A stretch of 64,000 nt of DNA from Candidatus Cloacimonadales bacterium (GTDB lineage: Bacteria; Cloacimonadota; Cloacimonadia; Cloacimonadales; JAFGVF01), in contig CAXXOU010000004.1 of assembly GCA_963677495.2 (NCBI GenBank), positions 736,001 through 800,000 of the forward strand, written 5' to 3'. Within the stretch, counting starts at the first letter, position 1; every line of letters starts with the position of its first letter. This document shows, in pieces, positions 39,834 through 47,854 of this stretch. The translations under genes and the position numbers were made by a program. A model generated the notes under the pieces. It saw only the letters and a program-made list of their open reading frames with translations, searched no databases and was not told the origin of the DNA.

Positions 39834-40964
39834 CTAAATTCGTTCTATAATTTTCATTTTATCTTTATCGAACTGGATGTACTCGAATGTTAAACCATTT
39901 AGATACTTGTTAAGATGATTTATATATTTCTTATCCTCAGCTGATGCCTGTACATTAGAAACTAAAACAAGCTTTTTTGTTTCTTGCACATTGGGATATA
40001 GACTATACTCTATTAATTGCCCAAGACTTTCTCTTATGCACATTCTAAGTTTTGGTAATACTTTGATTTCGTAAAAAGTCAGTTCATTGCTTTTATTAGG
40101 ATCTCTACTGATCAAGTCTATTCTTCTACCATTCGTATAACCTTCAGCTTCAACATTATTAATGCCATACTTTTTTTGCAGAAATGTTAAAAACGCATTT
40201 TGCAAGGCTATGTGATCATAACTGATTGTTATTGTTCTTCTTAATCCCGTTCGAGTTTTTTTAGGTATAGGTATTTCTTCTGTTGTTCCGTTAAAACCAA
40301 ATTTGTAGCGTTGAATTTGTTTTGTTTTTAGAAAAACGTTGACTTTTGGTGCAATCTTATCAAAGAGAATGTATCTATAGTTATTGAATAAGTTAAGTGG
40401 CAGTTTTATTGGTTCATCAAAAATAGTTATTGATTTCATAAAATTAAATCTAACATTGAGCAATTGCTTAGGCTTATTTTTATTTTTGGTTAAATAACTT
40501 CTACCTTTAGGGTTCTTAATATCACTCAAATCTTCCTTCATTTCCTCGAACCAATTTTTAGTTTTAAAAGTATTTAAGGCAGTCTTTGCAGTTATTTCGT
40601 CAATGACTTCTAAGCCACTAATTTCACAGATCAGTATAAATCTCTTTTCCCATTTGTTATATGTATAGAGAAGTAGATCGAATATTTCACCTACATGTAA
40701 ATTATGATTCTTTTCGGTATTAAATGCTTCAATAAAGCTATACTTAAACAATTCTCCATTCTCCTCAATAAGCATTCTCTTGTTTAACAACCACTCTTCT
40801 AGTCCAAAACCCCATTCATTTTCGAAATTTTTCTTTTTTACTTTTAGACCAGTTTCTTTATTAACAATAGAATAGATACCATCACTTTTCCCTTCTAATC
40901 CAGATGGTCTTTCCCAACCATTGTCATTCCAACAGATTCTTGCTAATCTTAACGGATTACCCAT
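39834..40964 (-). CDS. Putative endonuclease with a C-terminal PD-(D/E)xK domain
   Basis: H..LQ, E, RRIDL, FYEIK, IRESLGQLIEY. N-terminal RICWN..GW..PSG domain. AT-rich. Confidence 0.75.
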   Translation of the reverse strand: MGNPLRLARICWNDNGWERPSGLEGKSDGIYSIVNKETGLKVKKKNFENEWGFGLEEWLLNKRMLIEENGELFKYSFIEAFNTEKNHNLHVGEIFDLLLYTYNKWEKRFILICEISGLEVIDEITAKTALNTFKTKNWFEEMKEDLSDIKNPKGRSYLTKNKNKPKQLLNVRFNFMKSITIFDEPIKLPLNLFNNYRYILFDKIAPKVNVFLKTKQIQRYKFGFNGTTEEIPIPKKTRTGLRRTITISYDHIALQNAFLTFLQKKYGINNVEAEGYTNGRRIDLISRDPNKSNELTFYEIKVLPKLRMCIRESLGQLIEYSLYPNVQETKKLVLVSNVQASAEDKKYINHLNKYLNGLTFEYIQFDKDKMKIIERI

Positions 40965-41114
40965 ACATATACTCCTTTTATATTGATTTCATTATTCACC
41001 ATCTATCATTCAGCATTTAGCATTGAGCTTTAGCTCAGCCATTGCACCACAGGTGCACTCATTGTGCGCCAGCACAGCCATTTAGCATTGCACCAACGGT
41101 GCAGACATTTATTA

Positions 41115-41480
41115 TTAAGCATTATTAAGGTTTTTCTTAGTAGTAATAAGTATCTTCGTAATTATATTAAGCAACTCTTTTGCACTCTCAATTATTGAGT
41201 TGAACTGTTTATCATCTATGTAGTCTGTTTCATGGAGCAAACGGAGCCAGTAGATGGTCTCACGACACTCTTTTTGAGCTATACATAACTTGGAATAGAA
41301 ATCCTTCTTGGTTTGACCACCTACTGCTTCCTCTGCATTTGCACCAATTGAAGTACCATATCTTAAGACTTGTAGAGATAGAACTCTCTCATGTTTCTTC
41401 TCTTTTAAATACTTGCTCAAGTTAACTATCCGTACTGCGAATGCAAACGATTTTTCTAATACTACATTTTCTTTTGCCAT
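41115..41480 (-). CDS. Four-helix-bundle protein (23S rRNA-IVP family, Avd-like fold)
   Basis: KSFAFAVRIV.L, QVLR.GTSIGAN.EEA....T..DF..KL.IA.KE..ET.YWL.LL. Confidence 0.93.
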   Translation of the reverse strand: MAKENVVLEKSFAFAVRIVNLSKYLKEKKHERVLSLQVLRYGTSIGANAEEAVGGQTKKDFYSKLCIAQKECRETIYWLRLLHETDYIDDKQFNSIIESAKELLNIITKILITTKKNLNNA

Positions 41481-41578
41481 GATTAATAAATGAATATTGA
41501 GTTCATTATGTCAAGTAAAAACCATTCAGCATTTATCATTTAGCATTTAGCATTGCACCAACGGTGCACACATTTGCA

Positions 41579-42031
41579 TTACAAAATCCTATTGTCCAGC
41601 TGCTCTCCTCGTTTCACTGGGGCAATCACACCATTCTGAATCGCTTCCCAGACGCTTTTAATTGGCAAATCCATATCTACTACATCCTGTGGGGTTATCG
41701 TTTTCAAATCCAGACTCGGGATTGCTTGTTTGAGGGTGAATAGCATTCTCATCAATGCTGTATATCCAGATATTCTTCCACCATAACCTATTGTTGCAAG
41801 GTTATACCTATCTGCATAATCCTTCAGATCATCCATATAACCTTCACTAACACTCTTCCAGAAGACACCGATATTCTTACCGGAACTTCCAATCTCACGA
41901 TTATGTGCTGTCTTACGAGGTATCACATAATCTCGTGTCCAAACTGCACCTGATTTCTTCTCGATACAGTAAACCAACTCATCCAGTTTACCGGATAACC
42001 CGATAAACCCTTTCATGAATTTTGCTTTCAT
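41579..42031 (-). CDS. Hypothetical 150-aa protein A (DUF6266-like N-terminus), paralog of 46563-47024
   Basis: MKAKFMKGFIGLSGKLDELVY...RDYVIPR with GGGAGG RBS. The longer track ORF merely reads through repeats. Confidence 0.8.
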   Translation of the reverse strand: MKAKFMKGFIGLSGKLDELVYCIEKKSGAVWTRDYVIPRKTAHNREIGSSGKNIGVFWKSVSEGYMDDLKDYADRYNLATIGYGGRISGYTALMRMLFTLKQAIPSLDLKTITPQDVVDMDLPIKSVWEAIQNGVIAPVKRGEQLDNRIL

Positions 42032-42384
42032 CTCTAATTTCCTCCCTTTAGTCCTACGATTTATCAGCCGTAGCTTCAGTGAAGTAGGATTATTCATCTT
42101 GCATTTTAAATTTAGCATTAAGCATTTAGCATTGCACCAACGGTGCACACATTTAGCATTATTCATCTTGCATTCATACTACATATGTACTTCAAACCCC
42201 AATTCTATATTCCATTTCCAATTTTTTTAATAATAATTTAGCATTAAGCATTAAGAATTAAGCATTGAGCTTTAGCTCAGCCATTGCATCAACGGTGCAC
42301 ACATTTAGCATTCATAATTCAGCATTCCCCCTCCACTGCCATCCCATTCAATAATCATACGACAGAAAACATTAAGTTATCCAC

Positions 42385-42463
42385 AACTTGTGACTAACTT
42401 GATGCTTTGATCAAGAGAGTATCAAGAGAGTATCAGGTGTGTATCAAGTGTCTATCAAGAATT
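42385..42463. repeat. 11-bp-period array with inverted halves
   Basis: AACTTG x2 at 11-bp spacing, then TATCAAGAGAG-type x5. Enclosed by the inverted repeat CCCATTCAAT/ATTGAATGGG. Confidence 0.75.
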
Positions 42464-42627
42464 GAATGGGGGAAAGGTGATGGAAATAGGATTTATAATG
42501 CCTTGCTATAGTTATTGCTATAGTTATGTAAAACTAATAAACTTTTTTCTAATAAGATATTGACAATTATAATCTGATGAATGCAATGTAATTAATATTT
42601 GCAAGAGCAAGCAAAGGAGAGTTTTAC

Positions 42628-43944
42628 TTGAAAGCAAACACAAAATTAGGAGCTGTAAAAAAATTTTATCTATTAGATTACTTTTATGTTCTATTAGCAA
42701 GTATAAAAATGTATAGCATAGAATCAGAAGTATTTGAGGAGTTTAAGAAATTAAAGCAAGAATTCAATTTAGGTGAATCTAAATACAAAAAAATTCAAAC
42801 AGAATCTGAGAAACTTTCTGAGCCTCAGTTAAAAAGATATAAATATACATTTTATCAAGTTGTTGCAGAAGCAATAGAATACAAGCTAATCAAGGTTTCA
42901 GAAATAAAAATCTATTCAGGTGATGAGCTAATATACTTTAGATATAATGACTTTGAACTCACAAAAGATGGAATTACAGCAATTGAAATTTATAATAGTA
43001 AAGGCTCATATGAGTTTAACAGATTCATTTTTAATAGAATGGAAGATACCTATGGTGCATTTAGATACTTTCTAGATTTTTGTTATTCAAACAACAAATC
43101 GAAAAATGGATTATTAATCTTACCAATTTACTCTCCATTAAAGCTAAATATCAACAAAAAAGATATTGTAACAACGATCGATTTATTAAGGTATCTGGAT
43201 TTCTTACAAGAACAACTTGAAGATGATATTAAACAATATCTTGGACACAATATTGATCTGGAGAAATATAAACATGAGCTGATTGAGTCATTAGCATCAA
43301 TATCACTAATACCTAGGGATGTTAATAAGAAATATAAATCAAGCGATTATAATAAGATTATTAGCAGAATTAGAAGATATTGGCTTAATTTTTTTTTGAA
43401 GAAAATATACAAATTTGAATATTCGCTTACATCTTTTGAGACTTGGGTTTATAGAGCAAAGCAAATCGGAATTATTCATGCTACTGAGTTTTTCCCAGGT
43501 TTCTCTGGAAAGATTATATATCCGATATCAATACTATCAAGGAGCAAGAGCCCAAATGATTTCGTAAATATAATGAACTATGAGGATGATGATAACCTTT
43601 ACCTACATCATCCAAATATTGATAAACGAAATAATGTTGAGGACTTTGTAGACGTTCTACATGAAACATATTTGGAACAAAGAAATAGAGTAAAAAGCTA
43701 TTTCATAAATCTTTTGGATCTTAGAGAAGTTGTTTGTTACAAGCAAAGAATATCTGAAAGGATTTTTGATGAGTATTTAACAAAAGTTTATCAACTGGAT
43801 TTGGATGGACAGTTAAGGTCAATTAGTATTTCTCTTGAAGGAGATAAATTACCTAAAGAAACTGATGCAATGTACTTAAAAAGGGTACCCATACGGATTC
43901 AAAACAAAGAAAAAAATATCATAGCCATAGATTTTAGGAGATAA
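42628..43944 (+). CDS. Hypothetical protein, possibly with winged-helix domains; gene 1 of the AT-rich operon
   Basis: 438 aa, AAGGAG RBS, TTG start. FELTKDG and INLLDLREVVC...ISERIFDEYL resemble wHTH elements. Confidence 0.75.
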   Translation: MKANTKLGAVKKFYLLDYFYVLLASIKMYSIESEVFEEFKKLKQEFNLGESKYKKIQTESEKLSEPQLKRYKYTFYQVVAEAIEYKLIKVSEIKIYSGDELIYFRYNDFELTKDGITAIEIYNSKGSYEFNRFIFNRMEDTYGAFRYFLDFCYSNNKSKNGLLILPIYSPLKLNINKKDIVTTIDLLRYLDFLQEQLEDDIKQYLGHNIDLEKYKHELIESLASISLIPRDVNKKYKSSDYNKIISRIRRYWLNFFLKKIYKFEYSLTSFETWVYRAKQIGIIHATEFFPGFSGKIIYPISILSRSKSPNDFVNIMNYEDDDNLYLHHPNIDKRNNVEDFVDVLHETYLEQRNRVKSYFINLLDLREVVCYKQRISERIFDEYLTKVYQLDLDGQLRSISISLEGDKLPKETDAMYLKRVPIRIQNKEKNIIAIDFRR

Positions 43945-43945
43945 T

Positions 43946-45358
43946 ATGAGTAAAATAAATAAATATTTACAGAGACCTGAAGATGTAAATCCGGAAGTCA
44001 CAGCTTCAAGATACGAAAGGTTTTATTTAAAAGAAAATCCTTTCCCAGCTCATCCTGCGGTTCAAAAAGATTCTTCAGATTATAGAATAAATGGTAGAAT
44101 TTTTGAAGAATCAATTAGATCAAATGAACTAAAAAAAATAACTGAAAATTTTCTTAAAGTCTCACAAGCAGACTTGAATCATTTAAGATTAGGTTTCCTT
44201 AGTGATACATCATATATTGGCCGAGGAAATGGGAAAACAGCCTTTCTTGTAAATCTTGTTGATAAAATAAACGAACAATTTTGTTTAGATATATCTGACA
44301 AAAAAAACAAATGCTTTGCTGTATATTATTCACCAAAACCTGGAGGAGCGACAAAAACATTTTCACAGTTTGTTAAAGATATTTTCTATGCAATCATAGA
44401 GCAAGATTTTATAAATCTTAGCTTAGCTACTATTTATTTAAACATATTATACAAGCAAAACAAGGATATTGATTTAAGTAGCATAGTAGACGATAAGAGT
44501 TTAATTAAGTGCATGTTAGATAAAGAATGGTATGAAACAGTGGGGTGTTCTTATGAAAGTGTTTTTAAAGAGCTCTTACAGCAAAACTGGTTTCAAAACT
44601 TACCTTTTATTGATGCAAGTGATTATCTCTTTTTCTCTCATTATTCAATGATTAATCAAGATTCGTTTCTTAACTATTTTAATGAATCTGACATTGAATG
44701 CAGAATTGAGTTTTTCTTTAGTAGTCTTATTGATTTGTTCTTAAACTCAAATTTTAATGGAGTTTACATCTTTGTTGATGATTTTGAAAAGATATTGAAC
44801 TTTCAGAATGCAAAACAAATGAGAAATTTTGCTTTTGAGTTAAGATCGAGTGTCTTTGATGGATTATGTAAAAATGCTAGAATTGGCTTTTTTAACTTCT
44901 TTTTTGTAATTCATGCAGGCGTTCATAGATTGATAAAGGATGCTTGGAATTCATCTGGAATGAATAATCGTGTTCCACTTACCGAGAATACACAGGATCG
45001 CCATGTGATATCGTTTGAAAAATTAACAGCAGAGCATACAAAGTCCTTGTTAAAAAAGTATTTAAGTGAGTATAGAACTGAAGATAAACCTGAACATCCA
45101 TTATTCCCTTTCTTAGAATCTTCAATAGAGATCATTGGTAAAAGATCTGAGATGAATGCTTCAAAGATTCTAAGAATGTCACATAATTTGATAGAGAACG
45201 CAGTAATGGATGATAAAGTCGTTCAAATTGATGAAGATTTCATTAATGATTTTATAAATAAATCTAATTTTGAGGAAATAGAAGATAAAATACCATCAAT
45301 TGACAATATACAATCTGTTGACTTACAAGCAAAGGTATCTAAAAGAAATGGCAAGTAG
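43946..45358 (+). CDS. P-loop (AAA+-like) ATPase; gene 2
   Basis: LKENPFP N-terminus, Walker A GRGNGKT, Walker B YIFVDDFE. Confidence 0.85.
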   Translation: MSKINKYLQRPEDVNPEVTASRYERFYLKENPFPAHPAVQKDSSDYRINGRIFEESIRSNELKKITENFLKVSQADLNHLRLGFLSDTSYIGRGNGKTAFLVNLVDKINEQFCLDISDKKNKCFAVYYSPKPGGATKTFSQFVKDIFYAIIEQDFINLSLATIYLNILYKQNKDIDLSSIVDDKSLIKCMLDKEWYETVGCSYESVFKELLQQNWFQNLPFIDASDYLFFSHYSMINQDSFLNYFNESDIECRIEFFFSSLIDLFLNSNFNGVYIFVDDFEKILNFQNAKQMRNFAFELRSSVFDGLCKNARIGFFNFFFVIHAGVHRLIKDAWNSSGMNNRVPLTENTQDRHVISFEKLTAEHTKSLLKKYLSEYRTEDKPEHPLFPFLESSIEIIGKRSEMNASKILRMSHNLIENAVMDDKVVQIDEDFINDFINKSNFEEIEDKIPSIDNIQSVDLQAKVSKRNGK

Positions 45359-45698
45359 ATGTGCAACAAAACAAGAAGTTATTGATCTGCTTAATTGTAT
45401 AATAAACCAAGATTGTGAACTAGCAGAAAAAAATAAGCTGATAATTTACCAAATCAAATATTATGAAATTGAGTTAGTATTTCTAAGCTACTTTATTTGT
45501 TTGTATTTAGAAAATAATTCCAGTGTCAATATTGTCGAAAAGATACTAAAATTGTTAAATGAATACTATCTACGTGTTCAATGGTTCGATATAAACTATA
45601 TTGAAGCTCTTTACTCAAGGTTCGGTGATAAAGATTTGTGCATGGATGATAAACTGATCCAAACTCAAGAAAGAATCAATAATCATGACTACTATTAA
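45348..45698 (+). CDS. Hypothetical 116-aa protein; gene 3
   Basis: Overlaps both neighbours. No recognisable motif. Confidence 0.6.
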   Translation: MASRCATKQEVIDLLNCIINQDCELAEKNKLIIYQIKYYEIELVFLSYFICLYLENNSSVNIVEKILKLLNEYYLRVQWFDINYIEALYSRFGDKDLCMDDKLIQTQERINNHDYY

Positions 45699-46113
45699 AA
45701 GATATGTTCTTGATACTACTTCAGTGATTTCTTATTTTAACAACATATTTTCAGTTAAGTCACAAATATCAAGTACAGCTCAAAAAATTATTGAAAGAGG
45801 GCTCAATGATGATGAGCATGTTGTTTTAATAGTTCCTAGTCTTTGCTTCATTGAAATCTATGATAAGTTCTGCACTGATGAAGAAAACTTAGCAAAATAT
45901 AGATATGAAGTTTTAACTCCTTTAAGGGGAAAGAATCAAATAGAAATTAGAGAGATTAATGAAGAAACACTTAAAAATTATAGTTTAATTGATGATGATA
46001 TTGTCAATTTAGAAAGTAAGGATAAGGTGTTTTTAGCAACTGCAATTGAAATGGATGCTATATTGATTACATCTGATAGAAAAATTATTAAGTATGCACA
46101 AAAAAAGGTTTAG
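45685..46113 (+). CDS. PIN-domain (VapC-like) ribonuclease; gene 4
   Basis: YVLDT, E (CFIEI), D (SKDKVFLATA), LITSD acidic tetrad. Confidence 0.88.
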   Translation: MTTIKRYVLDTTSVISYFNNIFSVKSQISSTAQKIIERGLNDDEHVVLIVPSLCFIEIYDKFCTDEENLAKYRYEVLTPLRGKNQIEIREINEETLKNYSLIDDDIVNLESKDKVFLATAIEMDAILITSDRKIIKYAQKKV

Positions 46114-46251
46114 ACATTGCAGTAATGAGATAATATCTAATAAACATCAATATTTAAGTATGAAATCCATGTCACAAGACTTAAATATCCAAAATAAAAA
46201 AGCAATTTGAAATACAGAAAGGGCATTTGGATGACAATAGAAGAGTGAAGA

Positions 46252-46340
46252 GAATGAAAAATGCAAAATGCAAAATGAAAGATGAAGAATTAAAAATGCT
46301 GAATGCTTAATTCATAATTCCTAATTAGTAATTCGTAATT
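46252..46340 (+). repeat. Heptamer repeat block (AAATGCA/AATGCTG type)
   Basis: AAATGCAAAATGCAAAATGAAAGATGAAGAATTAAAAATGCTGAATGCTTAATT... Confidence 0.75.
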
Positions 46341-46562
46341 CTATTGGTTTCTCCTGATAGTTTCCTTTTGATGCACATAAAACAAGTTAATTGTTTTTAT
46401 CTTTACCAGTATTATACCTTAGTGCACGAGGGAAGTTGCAGTAACCCCTACTGCAAAACAACTAATCAATCTCAGTACCTCAGAAGATTGAGTGTGTGGA
46501 AGTAGCTAACCCTCATCAGTCTTCTCCACAAGGTTATGAGAGCATTCCAAAGGAGAACAACT

Positions 46563-47024
46563 ATGAAAGTCACAATGATGAAACCATTCCGATCATTCAG
46601 TGGTATAATGGATGAATTGGTTTATGCCGGTTACAACGAAGGGTACATCTGCTACAGCAGAGATTATGTGATACCCAGAGAAACAACTAACAATGAGAAA
46701 GTCGGCTCAATAGCCACAAACCTTGGTGTCGTTTATGATAGCTTCGATAGCGGATGGGTTGATGATTTGAAGACCTATACACATCGATTCATATCTGATT
46801 GTCAGACTAAAAGAGACCGCCACCCTGGCTTCTACAGCCTCTATGGCAAGATGTGGTGGAAGGTAGTTAAAGATGATCCCACAATTGACTTGAGAACAGT
46901 AACATTCGCAGATATTCAACTCCTTGATATTGGAATCCAAACAGTGAAAGATGCCATTGATAATGGCTTCCTTCCAAAGATCAAGAAATACGATGATTTA
47001 ACTAATACCTATAATGGAGCGTAG
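46563..47024 (+). CDS. Hypothetical 153-aa protein B (DUF6266-like N-terminus), paralog of 41579-42031
   Basis: MKVTMMKPFRSFSGIMDELVY...RDYVIPR with AAGGAG RBS. Confidence 0.82.
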   Translation: MKVTMMKPFRSFSGIMDELVYAGYNEGYICYSRDYVIPRETTNNEKVGSIATNLGVVYDSFDSGWVDDLKTYTHRFISDCQTKRDRHPGFYSLYGKMWWKVVKDDPTIDLRTVTFADIQLLDIGIQTVKDAIDNGFLPKIKKYDDLTNTYNGA

Positions 47025-47028
47025 GTGA

Positions 47029-47054
47029 AAAGGCCCTCGTAGAGGGCTTTTTTT
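47029..47054 (+). terminator. Rho-independent terminator
   Basis: AAAGGCCCTC-GTA-GAGGGCTTTTTTT. Confidence 0.85.
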
Positions 47055-47055
47055 A

Positions 47056-47660
47056 GCTAATAGCTTATAGCCTATAGCCTATAGCAGAATGCAAGATGCA
47101 AAATTAAAAATGAAAAATGCAGGATGCTAAATGAAAGATGAAAGATGAAAGATGAAAGATGAAAGATGCTTCATGCTAACCACGAATGGGGATCTTATTA
47201 TTTTCGTGTCTTTGGTGTGGTTCGTGGTTAAAAATCTGTTACTGTCGCGTGAAGTTCTCCACTATGAGTCCAACGTTAGCTTGCTATGACTTCTATGGAG
47301 AGATAGGGGGAAAGTTCGACCCCGTTGGGGTCGTGGTTTATTTGTGTTTGCAGACCCCACGCTTACGCATGGGGCTATTCAGGTTCAGCTAACTCCGTAG
47401 CTGATATATAAAAGAAAATGAAAGGTAGAAATGCGATAATGCTTAATGCTTAATGCTAAATGCTTAATGCTTAATGCTTAATGCTCAATGCAAAACGCGT
47501 TTCAGATGCAAAATGCAAAATTAATAATGCAAAATGCAGGATGCTAAATGAAAGATGCTTCATGCTAACCACTAAAGGCACTAAAAGCACGAAAGGGGAT
47601 TGGGATATTTTTTGCTTCGGGTTTCCCATTCCTGCCCCATGCTTCACCACGGTGCAGGTC
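47056..47660. repeat. Heptamer arrays and mixed palindromic repeats at the right edge of the island
   Basis: (TATAGCC)n, (ATGAAAG)x4, (TAATGCT)x6-7, a duplicated block ending CTTCATGCTAACCAC, and a CGACCCC-GTT-GGGGTCG hairpin. Confidence 0.85.
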
Positions 47661-47854
47661 TGATAATATTGAATTAAACAAAACAGTTATAATCGATTCT
47701 TAATCCCTATAAATTATGTTGATAGCGATGGTTAGGGATAAACAGCGAAAAGCATTACAAATTATTAAGACAATGGTATAGAAATAGATATAAAAAAAGG
47801 TTGACTGTCACTACCGAAACAATGAAATTGGTAAAAAAAGAATAGGGGTTCAAT

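Larger units (their letters stand above)
41000..42330 (-). repeat. Three blocks of heptamer repeats ((A/T)AATGCT on minus strand) with TGCACCAACGGTGCA hairpins, separating genes
   Basis: Blocks at ~41000-41110, ~41522-41578, ~42090-42330. 30-bp unit TTTAGCATTGCACCAACGGTGCASACATTT at 41081, 41546, 42125, variant at 42282. Confidence 0.85.

Noticed and set aside
41115..41480. Diversity-generating retroelement (Avd-like gene)
   Set aside because: No reverse transcriptase and no TR/VR pair with adenine-specific mismatches seen in the window.
42032..42166. N-terminal extension of the 195-aa ORF
   Set aside because: It is translated heptamer repeat (NAKC..). A strong RBS and alignment with paralog B place the start at 42031.
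41081..42306. CRISPR array or integron attC interpretation of the 30-bp units
   Set aside because: Spacing is irregular and gene-sized, there are no cas or intI genes, and no RYYYAAC...GTTRRRY attC ends.
42377..42385. Perfect DnaA box TTATCCACA
   Set aside because: A single copy with no cluster and no dnaA is insufficient for oriC.
47186..47663. 68-aa and 60-aa ORFs
   Set aside because: They are translations of repeat DNA with no RBS.
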